A stretch of DNA of 64,000 nucleotides from Candidatus Latescibacterota bacterium (GTDB lineage: Bacteria > Latescibacterota > UBA2968 > GCA-2709665): NCBI GenBank assembly GCA_963667175.2, contig CAXXXF010000007.1, forward strand, positions 128,001 to 192,000, given 5' to 3'. The notes under the pieces are model-generated. The model worked only from the letters and a program-made list of their open reading frames with translations, ran no database searches and was not told the DNA's origin. Positions 1-9,608 of the stretch are shown piece by piece. Made by a program: the position numbers and the translations under genes. Position 1 is the first letter of the stretch. The number at the start of each line of letters is the position of its first letter.

Positions 1-791
1 ATCGTCGCCCGTTCCCGAACCCGCACGCCCCCCAGGATCAGATTGCCCCGCGCGGCCACGCGTGAGGCCAGCGAAAGCAGCAACGGGCGCAGTGTCCCGC
101 TGTCGATATTGGCGACGACCACGTCGAAATCACCCGTAACCCCGTCAACGGTTCCCACGCGGAACACCACGTCGCCGGCAATCTCATTCAGGCGCATATT
201 CGACCACGCGTTCTGCACGGCCGTCGTATCGATATCGATACCCGTCACCCGCGCAGCGCCAAGTCTGGCCGCGGCGAGACTCAGGATCCCTGAGCCCGTG
301 CCCACGTCCAGCACGGTGTCGCCCGGTTTCACGACGGCGTGCATCATCTTCAGCGCCAGCCGTGTCGATTCGTGGTGACCGGTTCCAAAGGCCGTCTTCG
401 GCTCGATGACCAGCGTGAATCCGCCCTCCGGATCGCCGACGCGTTCCCAGGGCGGACAGACCGCAACCGCCGGAACCGGGTAGACGGGCCGGAAACGGGA
501 CTTCCACGACGACTTCCAATCCTCCGGAGGGACCTCCGCCACTTCCACGCGCACGGACCGCAGATCTCCGAACGTCGATACCAGTCCGCTCCACAGGCCG
601 GATACCACGCGGACGCTGCGTTTTTCAGGGGGAAAGTACGCCTTCAGTCCGGTCTTGCCGCCTGCCGCGCCACCTTGCGCCTCCAGTCCGCTGCTTCCCA
701 GGCGGAACAGCAGATCCGAAACCGCTTCCGACGCGTACGCCGGCAGGCTCACGTCGATCCTGAACCATCGGTCCTCAACCCTGCCATCCAT
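1..791 (-). CDS. prmA: Ribosomal protein L11 methyltransferase (3' end runs off window)
   Basis: Read manually from ATG 791: MDGRVEDRWFRIDV...IEPKTAFGTGHHESTRLAL...VLDVGTGSGIL, which are PrmA motifs; absent from the ORF track because there is no stop in the window. Confidence 0.92.
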   Translation of the reverse strand, partial: MDGRVEDRWFRIDVSLPAYASEAVSDLLFRLGSSGLEAQGGAAGGKTGLKAYFPPEKRSVRVVSGLWSGLVSTFGDLRSVRVEVAEVPPEDWKSSWKSRFRPVYPVPAVAVCPPWERVGDPEGGFTLVIEPKTAFGTGHHESTRLALKMMHAVVKPGDTVLDVGTGSGILSLAAARLGAARVTGIDIDTTAVQNAWSNMRLNEIAGDVVFRVGTVDGVTGDFDVVVANIDSGTLRPLLLSLASRVAARGNLILGGVRVRERAT

Positions 792-826
792 GCCCGAATC
801 CCCGTTGAACCGGCGTTGTCGCGTTG

Positions 827-2482
827 CTACAGGACCTCCAGTTTCAGCACATGCCGGTCCACGTCCGCGGAAAAGGGCAGAACCACCACCAGCCGCGCCT
901 CCTCGATGGTCGAATCCCCGGCTTTTCGATAGGGATTGTGCGGCAGCGCCGGCCACACCACGCGGCTGTCGGGCGGCAGACGCAATCGCCAGCCCGCGTG
1001 TTCCAGCCACGCCTCGCCTGCCCATTCCGCCTCCGCTTCACCCAGCATCGCGGCCTCTCCGGACGCAAATCTCACCTCCCGATCCAGGTGCGGCATCAAC
1101 GTCGCGTGTCCGTCTACCGGCAAACCGGAGTTCGCCGTGGCGCTAAACACCAGAGTCAGCTCGGTTTCGGACTCGATCCTCGCCTCCACCCCGCAGGTCT
1201 CCTCTCCGTAGCGCATCCTCAGCCGCCCGCCGGCTTCGTCCGAATCGTACGAGAGTTCATCCGGCACGTGGATTAATCCGTCGGGCACGTTGAAGTCAGG
1301 ATCCTCGTCTCCGGGCGTGTGTGCCAGCAGTCCCTTGTCGCCCACGGTAAAGTTACTCCACAGAGGCTGCAACTTGGTATTCCCGCCGCCCAGCACCAGC
1401 CCCACGCCGTCGTGAAACACGCTGACGAAATTCTGCCGGTCCTGGCCCCACCGGTTCTGGGGAAAATCCACGACAAAGGCCGATAGACAGAGGAACCAGG
1501 GGCTGTTCCTCACCGCGGTCGCCTCGTCCCCCATCCGGTAAACGTGCCGGGCCCGTCCGGCAGCGGTCTCCTCTGCCTCTCCACGGCCGCCGTTCAGCAG
1601 CAGGTTCGCGGCATAATCCGGATCGAACCGCGCGCCCTCCGCCAGAAACAGCCCGTGCAGGCGCGCCAGATACCCTCTGCCTGCGGCCGTGTGGCTGAAA
1701 CCCGCATTGCCCAGGCGAATTCCCGCGTGATACGGATTGCGCCCGTCCACCGTTTCTACCGGGCTGCCGTCCGGATAGGTCAGACTCGCGTGATAACGCG
1801 CCGCCCGGTCCAGCGCCGGCAGCACCGCCGCGTCGCCGGACATCCCGTAGTAGATGCCCAGCGATTCCGAATAGACGTAGTTGTACGCCACGACCGGTCC
1901 ATTGTGCTCCGGCCACCACCCGTGGGGCGATTGCGCGCCGGCCACCTTTGCCATGAACGCCCGCGACTGGTTTCGCCAGTCCTCCCGGCCGAATACCGTA
2001 CCGGCGCAGAACAGAGCCATCGAATGATGCGCGGGAATATTGTGGACGTGTGCCAGACAGGTCCTGGCGATGCCGTCGAACCCCAACAGCAGCGCGTCGT
2101 CCCATCGGGCGCGCGCATCGGCGTCCAATGCGTCCCGGACGATCTGATACGCGCGCATCCAGCGGCTGTAGGTCCAGGGCATCAGGATCTGTCCCCACTC
2201 CGAATGGTCCTTCTTCAGAAACGTCCACTTCCCTTCCTCATCCTGCGCGTGAATCAGCGCGTCGCCGCCCCGAACGATCGCTTCCAGCACCTCGCCGTTC
2301 CTGTAAAACTTGCTCTCCTCCAGGCGCCAGGCCGCTGCAAGGGGGAAGATCACGTTCTGGTCGCCACAGATCCACGGCTCCGTTCCGAACTGTCCGTTCT
2401 CCTTCTGAGACGCCAGGATGTCCGGTACCGCCGCATCCAGCGACGCCAGCAACTCCGGTTCAGGACTCCAACCCTTTGCCAT
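827..2482 (-). CDS. Uncharacterised protein, probable (alpha/alpha)-toroid polysaccharide lyase/heparinase-like
   Basis: 551-aa ORF; AAGGAG RBS before ATG 2482; HNIPAHH and GWWPEHNGPVVAYNY resemble lyase toroid motifs; no signal peptide. Confidence 0.5.
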   Translation of the reverse strand: MAKGWSPEPELLASLDAAVPDILASQKENGQFGTEPWICGDQNVIFPLAAAWRLEESKFYRNGEVLEAIVRGGDALIHAQDEEGKWTFLKKDHSEWGQILMPWTYSRWMRAYQIVRDALDADARARWDDALLLGFDGIARTCLAHVHNIPAHHSMALFCAGTVFGREDWRNQSRAFMAKVAGAQSPHGWWPEHNGPVVAYNYVYSESLGIYYGMSGDAAVLPALDRAARYHASLTYPDGSPVETVDGRNPYHAGIRLGNAGFSHTAAGRGYLARLHGLFLAEGARFDPDYAANLLLNGGRGEAEETAAGRARHVYRMGDEATAVRNSPWFLCLSAFVVDFPQNRWGQDRQNFVSVFHDGVGLVLGGGNTKLQPLWSNFTVGDKGLLAHTPGDEDPDFNVPDGLIHVPDELSYDSDEAGGRLRMRYGEETCGVEARIESETELTLVFSATANSGLPVDGHATLMPHLDREVRFASGEAAMLGEAEAEWAGEAWLEHAGWRLRLPPDSRVVWPALPHNPYRKAGDSTIEEARLVVVLPFSADVDRHVLKLEVL

Positions 2483-2543
2483 CCAATGTCTCCTTCCAAT
2501 TGGGCTGTCGGGCCGTGTACCCGGCCACGGCCCGACGCCGCGT

Positions 2544-3565
2544 TTATCGTATGCTTGCCTCGGGCGCCCGCCGGAATCGCAGCCAGTCAACGGGCGCGTA
2601 GTCGTCCGTCAGCGCGGGTACGCCGCGGACCACGGGCTTGCGCTCGCCGAATGGCGTCGTCGGGATCAGCAACGCCAACGCGTCGCCGATTTCCGATTTC
2701 AAGCCACGTATCGCCCGTACGATTTCACTTCCGCTGCGACGGTTTGCATCCAGCGTGGCGACCGCCACAATGTTGCTCCGCTCCGGCACCTGAAAGAGGT
2801 ACACCTGCGGAAATACCCGGGCCAGCGTCCGTATTAGCGACAGGTACAGGACACCCGGCCCGAGCGGCGCCACGTTCATGCTCACAACGCCGCGAGGCGT
2901 CAGGATTCCCTTCACCTCCCTGAAGAATTCCTCCGTTGCCACGTGGTGCGGCATGGAGTCCGCATGAAACGCGTCCAGTACGATCCAGTCGTAACGTTCG
3001 CCCGTCCGTTTTACGAACATCCGCCCGTCGTCCACGTGGATTCTGAGAGCGGCGTCCGCTTCGACGCCAAAAAAAAACGCCTGGCCACGCCAACCACGTG
3101 GGGGTCCAGTTCGACCACGTCCATCGCGACCTCCGGACAGGCGGACCGGACGAATCGTGCGACCGATCCCCCCGCCAGTCCGATCATCAGCACACGTTCC
3201 GGTTTCGTGAACGCCATTCCCAACGCAAGGTACGCCGTGTACGGAACGCGCAGCGCCGTCGGGTTTGCAAGCGTCATCGCGCTCTGTTTCGCGCCGTAAC
3301 CGAATCGGAGGTAGCGGGCTTCGCGGTCTTCCGATACCACGATGTGATTGTACAATGAGTCGTGGACGTAGACCGGCTTTTCCTGCTCCGGGATTCCCGG
3401 TCGGACGTCGCATGCCGCGAGGGGAAAAACCGACAGAACCAGAGGGAGAATGCCGAACGGAAACCGATTGATCGCAGGACGATGATCGGGAACACCCGGC
3501 GTGACGTACAACGCAGCGCATCCCGTCCGGTCCTGCGCTTTCGACAATACGCGAATAACCCGCAT
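2544..3565 (-). CDS. Spermidine synthase-like SAM-dependent domain, lipoprotein-like N-terminus; frameshifted at a T9 run (3069-3077)
   Basis: DSLYNHIVV, LMIGLAGGS and VELDP in frame 3011..3565 continue as DGRMFV, DWIVLDAF and LTDDYAP in frame 2544..3521. Confidence 0.8.
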
Positions 3566-3599
3566 CCTCTCCCTCGTCTCGTCCGCAGCGCGCGCGTGG

Positions 3600-4202
3600 T
3601 CACGACCGGTCTTCGAGCGATACGGCCCGCCCGTGCGTACCCCACATCGCCATCGCCGCCAGCACCAGGAGTACGGCGCCGATCAGGTGGAGTACGTGCC
3701 GCACCCCCATGGCGGGTATCAGGTAAAACGCGGTGCCGAGCGTCCCGGCGATGCTTCCCGCCGCGGACAACGCGGATACCGTCCCCGCAACGGCCCCGAC
3801 CCTGTCGACCCGATCCGCGAGCATCCGGACAACAAAGGGCGTGACGGCGCCCAATGCCACGCCCGGTATCGCAAAAAGCACGATCGAAGCCAGCAGCGGC
3901 CCGCCCCGCGGACCCGCATCCATGGCAAAAACGGCACGATTCACCGACGCCGCCACCCAGGGCAGCAACAACGCCAGCGCCCCCGCGAGGCCAAGCAACG
4001 CGGCCAGGGGCGTTCCCGAAGGCATGCGGTCCGCCAGCTTCCCTCCGGAATACGCGCCCAGACTCAGCGCGGCCAGTACGACGGCGATCAGGCTGCCCCA
4101 GACGAAAACGGAACTGCCGAAATACGGCGCAAGCACCCGGCTGCCCACGATCTCAAGCCCCATCAGCGCGGCGCCGGCAAAAAAAGCAATCAGCTTCAAC
4201 AT
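3600..4202 (-). CDS. Membrane protein equivalent to the N-terminal MFS-like domain of fused MFS/spermidine synthases
   Basis: GAALMGLEIVGSRVLAPYFGSSVFVW and GSIAGTLGTAFYLIP signatures; about 6 TM helices. Confidence 0.85.
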   Translation of the reverse strand: MLKLIAFFAGAALMGLEIVGSRVLAPYFGSSVFVWGSLIAVVLAALSLGAYSGGKLADRMPSGTPLAALLGLAGALALLLPWVAASVNRAVFAMDAGPRGGPLLASIVLFAIPGVALGAVTPFVVRMLADRVDRVGAVAGTVSALSAAGSIAGTLGTAFYLIPAMGVRHVLHLIGAVLLVLAAMAMWGTHGRAVSLEDRS

Positions 4203-4392
4203 ATCCCGCCAAACCCTGGCATGAGTCGACCCGGACCCGACGGACGTTCGATTGACGGTCCGGCGAGGAATTCATCCCCATCGCAGGTACGCTGTTCAAT
4301 GTACGTACAGAACATGGGGCTGCAAAAAGAATTCGCAGCCCTGTAATCTCGAAAGTTTCCGGACGCCCTCGCGATGCCGGGCTCCTCCGTGC

Positions 4393-4893
4393 TCAGAACG
4401 GGAGATCGTCGTCGGCGCCGTAGTCCGGCGGGCCCGACCCGCCCTGACCCGCGTCCGGACTGCCGCCCGTTTCGGCGGTACCCTGCCGATTGCCGGAGGC
4501 TCCCTCTGCCTGCGGACGCTGTCCCTGGAAAAACCGCCACCGGCATCGGGATCGTCGCGCCCACTCAGCATCTGCATATCTCTGGCAACCACCTCGGTCG
4601 TATAGCGCTTCTGCCCGTCCTGTCCTTCCCAGCTACGGGTCTGCAGGCGCCCCTCAATGAAAACTTTGCTGCCCTTCCGCAGGTACTGATTGCAGATTTC
4701 CGCCAGCCTGCCCCATACGACGATCCGGTGCCACTCGGTACGTTCCTGGCGCTCGCCGGATTTATCGTTCCAACTCTCGTTTGTCGCGATGTTGAAGTTC
4801 GACACCGCCGACCCGTTCGGCGTGTATCGCAATTCCGGATCCGCCCCGATATTGCCAATGAGGATCACCTTGTTCCACTCCACCACGTGCCAT
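4393..4893 (-). CDS. ssb: Single-stranded DNA-binding protein (two apparent indels)
   Basis: [18 protein letters not shown]...TEWHRIVVW core; true start MARGGV at 4893 and DDDLPF-stop at 4393 lie in a different frame from the core. Confidence 0.93.
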
Positions 4894-4971
4894 GGCTAAT
4901 CTCCTTTAAATTAAATAAAATCAATCTTTTATGGATTATGGCACAATCCTTGGCGAAATAGCGTTCAATCG

Positions 4972-5000
4972 AATATACTCTCGATTCCGCGGCTTGTCAA
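4972..5000 (-). promoter_or_regulatory. Sigma-70-type promoter of ssb
   Basis: TTGACA-N17-TATATT. Confidence 0.65.
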
Positions 5001-5121
5001 CAGAGCCCGGAATAAACGACCTCTTTAGCCTGTATTCGAGACACGACTCCACATCAGTGTCCTGTCCCGGAAATAAGTTTCCAAATTCGGCCGCCGCCGA
5101 CAGTTGACGCCGAACCGCCCT

Positions 5122-5955
5122 TCAGGCCAGGGACCGGAAAAAATCGCGGAACCTGATCGTCTCCGAGACGTTGTCGCACTCGTTGCAGTGCTCCCAGTCG
5201 ATCCAGACGTACTCGACGCCCAGCCATCCCCGGTATCCGGTCGCTTTCATCACGTCCACAACCCGCCGATAGTCAATGACGTTGTGATCGAAGGACGTCT
5301 GTATCCTGCCTCTGCGTGCGCCGCGCGCATGGAAGTGGCTGGCATATGCCATGAGGGGCTCCACGTCGGAATCCGGAAGGCCGGCTTTCGTGAAGTGCGT
5401 GTAATCCAGCGTCAGGGTCAGGCCGGGTACGGCCTGTACCAGCCGCAGTACCGATTTCGGACGGGGAGCGAGAGAACCGACGTGCGCGGCTCAACGCCGA
5501 AGACGATGCCGTGCTCGCCCGCCTTCGCCACACGCCAGTTCAATTCATCGACGGCCCGGCTGAACGAATCCGCCCGGGACTCGCCCTCGTTATAGACACC
5601 CGGAAGCGTCGTGACGTGCGCGCAACCGCACTCGGCGGCGTATTCCAGCGTCTTCAGAAACCAGTCGCGCGCTCTCCGACGTCGCGCCTCCTTCGGATGA
5701 TTGATGGCGTAGGGCACGAAATCCATCGCCGTCTGCAAGAAAACGTCCGCAGGCTTCAGTCCGAAGCCGTCCAGCTTTCTCTTGAGTCTGCGGGCGGAGC
5801 GCGGCACGTCGTGAAACTCACGCGAAGGGCCACAGATGAGACCTCTCCTCGAAGAGACCGACGTCAACACCCTCGAACCCCAGCATGGAGACCAGTTGAA
5901 GCGCCCCGTCGTGCGGAAGCAGGGGAAACGTAAAATCCGAGCACGCCAGATTCAT
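5122..5955 (-). CDS. Sugar phosphate isomerase/epimerase (xylose isomerase-like TIM barrel), two apparent indels
   Basis: MNLACSDFTF...LGFEGVD; GVE(P)HVGS, LTLDYTH, HFHAR and GWLGVEY metal motifs spread over three frames (breaks near 5828 and 5487). Confidence 0.8.
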
Positions 5956-5957
5956 GG

Positions 5958-6768
5958 TCACGGTTCCTCCCGGAAACGTGTTGGACCCGCCGTCTCCCAC
6001 TCCGCCGCGGCGATGTAACCGCCATCGACGACCAGTGACGTGCCCGGTGATTCCGGCGGACGCTTCCGTGCAGAAGTAAAGCGCTGCCCGCGCCACGTCC
6101 ATGGGTCTGATGACGGCGCCCGTCGGGACGCGCTGCAGGCGCTGCGCCAGCGTGGCCTCCGGGTCAGGCGTGGTGTTCAGATGGTACCGTAACATGGGTG
6201 TGTCCGTAATGCCCGGACAGATGCAGTTGCAGCGCAGCCCGTCTCCCGCGTAGTCCAGCGCAATGGACCGGGTCAATCCCAGCACCGCGTGCTTGGACGT
6301 GGTGTAGGCGGGCGTATTCGCCTGACCGATAAAGCTGCCGACCGATCCGATATTCACCATATAACTTCGCCGATGCTCCCGTAGGTGCGGAATGCCGTAC
6401 TTGACCGAAAAGAAAACGGACTTGAGATTGACCCCCATCAAACGGTCCCAGTCCCTCCCGGAATACGTGTGCAGGCACGCAACATGCACGATTCCCGCGC
6501 AGTTGACAATCGTCTGCAGGCCGTCGAAATTCGTCACCGTCGCCTCGATGGACTCCCGCACCTGCTCTTCCTGTGCAACGTCGCACCCCAGAAAGATCGC
6601 CTCACCTCCCCGTTTCCTGATACGATGCGCCACCGAGCGGCCACGCTCCTCCTGGACGTCGACAACGGCGACGCTGGCGCCTTCGGAGGCGAACAGTTCG
6701 GCCGTGGCCTCTCCCATTCCGGAAGCGCCCCCGCTCACCCAGGCGACCTGTCCGTCCATGCGTCCCAT
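5958..6768 (-). CDS. SDR family NAD(P)-dependent oxidoreductase (indel near the 3' end)
   Basis: SGGASGMG, VNCAG, YTTSK; the ITG-TSLVVDGG tail is restored by removing one G near 6044, giving a stop at 5958. Confidence 0.88.
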
Positions 6769-6771
6769 CCG

Positions 6772-8247
6772 TTACTCGACTTTCCTCACGCGAACGACAA
6801 CGTCGTGTCGAAACGGCGGCACAACCAGCCGGCGCAAGCCGCCGCCGATCGGCACACCGGGAGAATAGACGCCGTCTACCGGCGAAAAACAGCACGTTTC
6901 AAACGCGCCTGGCGGCAATTCAATGCAAAGCCGTCCCTCAATCGGGTCGCCGCATCCGGCTTCCTCGCGCTCGCGGTCGTCGGCCAGGTAGATGCAGTAG
7001 TCCTCTCCTTCAACCGCGAAAATCGATTCAAGCGTGTGGTTCGGACGTTCCCTCAGCCATCCCGGCATCACCGGGCGCGCCCTCACAAGATCGATCGAGT
7101 GGATAAACCCGGACAGGTTGCCCATCCACCTTCGAATCCCGTTTCGTGACTCGGGTGTTCCCGCCTCGAGGTACGGCAGGATCGAAAAGTCGATCATATC
7201 GTAGTGGGCCCCTGCAAACAGCGAAGTCCAGGCCCGCTTGCGATGGACCGTCCATCCCTCGACTTCCTTGTACTGGGTTGCGACGTTGTCCTCATCGTGA
7301 TTCAGCGGCTTCGCCCGTTCATAGGCTGCGAGGGAAAAATCACGCAACGGACGCAGCTTGAGCTGCTTGGACATGAAGTCGCCGAGATCGTAACTTCGAC
7401 CATCGCACAGGGTATTGGGCAGCGGGTGTATATTCACCACGTCGAAATCCATGGCGCTGAACGATCCGTCGGATGGCTGATCGAACGGCCTGATCGTCAT
7501 CGCTTCCTGTCCCGCAATCAGGTGCTGCTTCGGCATCCCGCCTTCCAGTTCACGGATCTGTTCGATGAACTGCGCCTGCCAGCCGTTTACCTCCTCCGAA
7601 CCGGGCAGATCGTCGGGACCGGGGAAATGACACGGTTCGTTGCAGATCTCGTAGATCACGTTCCCGTACCGGTTGGTCTCCGTGACGATGCGGCGCACGT
7701 GCGCGCGCTGCCAGTCCAACAGGTCCTTCCGCCGGCACGTCATATACTCCTGCCAGGGCGGCGGCTGATCCGGCGGCTCCATGCTAATATTGTTGGCGGG
7801 ATTCAGCGGATTGAGCGCCCAGATCTCGTCCTTGTAGGTGTTGCTGAAGAGCACCACCTCCACGATGATCCCATACGACTCCGCAAGAGACAGAAACGCG
7901 TGCAGCCGATCGAAGAACTCGGCGTTCCGGCGCGTCAGATCGTACCGCGGCTGTCCGTCCATCCCGTTTCCGGGCCCGGTCCTTTCGAACGGCGCAATAT
8001 AGTCCGGCGATTCGGGCTTGCAGGTCGAGTACGGATTCACAGGCGTCTGCAATTCTCTGAACAGCGTGAACAACCGCGTGAGCGTCTGCCCCCGTTCCGC
8101 GGCGTCCTGCAGATAGCGTTCGAACCGGAACGGCCTGTTCATCACGGCCCCGTAGTGTTCGGTTGCGCAGACCAGCGCCAGCGCGCGTCCGCGATAGTCG
8201 AAGATCTTTCTGTTTTCGGGGTGAATTCGAATCACCTCAGACACCAT
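6772..8247 (-). CDS. Clan GH-A-like glycoside hydrolase (GH5/DUF4038-like)
   Basis: YEICNEP acid/base motif, PLNHDED putative nucleophile region, FFDRLHAFLSLAESYGI; RBS AAGGGG before ATG 8247. Confidence 0.65.
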   Translation of the reverse strand: MVSEVIRIHPENRKIFDYRGRALALVCATEHYGAVMNRPFRFERYLQDAAERGQTLTRLFTLFRELQTPVNPYSTCKPESPDYIAPFERTGPGNGMDGQPRYDLTRRNAEFFDRLHAFLSLAESYGIIVEVVLFSNTYKDEIWALNPLNPANNISMEPPDQPPPWQEYMTCRRKDLLDWQRAHVRRIVTETNRYGNVIYEICNEPCHFPGPDDLPGSEEVNGWQAQFIEQIRELEGGMPKQHLIAGQEAMTIRPFDQPSDGSFSAMDFDVVNIHPLPNTLCDGRSYDLGDFMSKQLKLRPLRDFSLAAYERAKPLNHDEDNVATQYKEVEGWTVHRKRAWTSLFAGAHYDMIDFSILPYLEAGTPESRNGIRRWMGNLSGFIHSIDLVRARPVMPGWLRERPNHTLESIFAVEGEDYCIYLADDREREEAGCGDPIEGRLCIELPPGAFETCCFSPVDGVYSPGVPIGGGLRRLVVPPFRHDVVVRVRKVE

Positions 8248-8258
8248 CCGTCCCCTTA

Positions 8259-8465
8259 CAGTCCGTTGATAAGGTCGCTCTGCAGGCGAGACCGAGTCAT
8301 TGTGGCCGAAGACAAGGCGCGCAACCGAGTCGAATCGGTGGATTCGGCGAGGGAGCGCCTGCCTGCTGCAGGCAGGCAACGCAGTATATCGGCCACAAGG
8401 GCCGGACGCCTGTCTGCGTGCGAACGCACAGTCAGGCAGCCCGGATGGACTTTTTCAACGGGCTG
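8259..8465. mobile_element. MITE copy 1 (207 bp)
   Basis: TIRs CAGTCCGTTGATAAGGTC / GACTTTTTCAACGGGCTG; colinear with the copy at 17157. Confidence 0.8.
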
Positions 8466-8519
8466 CTTGTTCGCGTGAATGCGCCTCGTAATGAACATGC
8501 ATCCGGCGGCAATGATCGC

Positions 8520-9608
8520 TTACGCGTCGCCGGCTTGTTTCCGACGCAGCCGGGACCACTTCTCCTGAAATCCGCGGCGGCGGAAGACGTCGGGATTCAC
8601 AACGCCGGGTGGTTTCGTTCCGAGAGACAGCGCCACCATACTCCGGCAGACCGTTCGTCCGATGTCGCGGAACAGCTCCTCCGTCCACGCAACCGAATGC
8701 GGCGCAAGCAGAACGTTTTCGAATCTGCCGAACCGTTGCGGCTTCACAACCGGTTCCACCGCGAAACAGTCCAGCGCCGCGCCCGCGATCGAGTCCGCTT
8801 CCAGGGCGTCGAACAGCGCATCCTCATCCACGATCCCGCCCCTCGCGGTATTGATCAGATAGGCGTTGCGTTTCATCAGCGACAGCTCCTGCGCGCCGAT
8901 CAGGCCCTCCGTCTCGTCGGTCAACGGACAGTGGATGGATACAAAATCGGAAGCAGACAACAGATCCGGGAGCGACGCCAGGGTCACGCCCAGCTTCCGC
9001 GCCTCCCGTGGGTCGACGTACGGATCGAATGCGAGAGGCGTACTCATTCCGAACGTCCCCAGCAACCGGACCGTCTCCCGTGCGATCCCGCCCAGCCCCA
9101 CCGCGCCGAACGTGCGGTCGCGCAATTCACGTCCCATATATCGCGTTCGTTCATCCCACCCGCCGGTACGCACCAGCCGGTCCTTGACGCGCATGTGGTG
9201 GGTCAGCGCGATCATCCAGCCCACGGTTGCCTCGGCCACCGACCGGTCGACGGCGCCGGCCGTAATGAGTACGGCCACGTCGGCCTCCGTACATGCCGCC
9301 ACGTCGACCGAGTCGTACCCCACGCCGAAACGGCCGATGGCCAGCAGGTTTTCCGATGCCGAAACCGTCGCCGCGGTAACGGCCGGCGTCAGTACGACCA
9401 CGCCCTGGACGTTTTCTACCTGATCCGGTCCGATCTCCGGCCGACGTCCTCGGAATACCGACGTCCGGATATGGGCATGGTCGTCGAATACGGAAAGGCC
9501 CATATCGGTAAATTTGCACGTTCCGTCGGCATCGTAGAAATCGGCGGTCAGCGCCACGCGGAAGATGGCCCCGTCGGACGACATACTCGCGAATTCCTCA
9601 CGTGACAC
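8520..9608 (-). CDS. D-isomer-specific 2-hydroxyacid dehydrogenase (SerA/GhrB-like)
   Basis: GVGYDSVD, GLGGIA, SIHCPLT, LINTARGGIVDE, LAPH motifs. Confidence 0.9.
   Translation of the reverse strand: MSREEFASMSSDGAIFRVALTADFYDADGTCKFTDMGLSVFDDHAHIRTSVFRGRRPEIGPDQVENVQGVVVLTPAVTAATVSASENLLAIGRFGVGYDSVDVAACTEADVAVLITAGAVDRSVAEATVGWMIALTHHMRVKDRLVRTGGWDERTRYMGRELRDRTFGAVGLGGIARETVRLLGTFGMSTPLAFDPYVDPREARKLGVTLASLPDLLSASDFVSIHCPLTDETEGLIGAQELSLMKRNAYLINTARGGIVDEDALFDALEADSIAGAALDCFAVEPVVKPQRFGRFENVLLAPHSVAWTEELFRDIGRTVCRSMVALSLGTKPPGVVNPDVFRRRGFQEKWSRLRRKQAGDA

Noticed and set aside
4393-4893. Programmed frameshifting or pseudogene status for ssb
   Set aside because: No slippery site or stimulator, and it lies in a local indel cluster; error is more parsimonious
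8247-8379. N-terminal extensions of the hydrolase (to 8379) and kinase (to 17327) ORFs
   Set aside because: They are translations of MITE sequence rather than ancestral coding sequence
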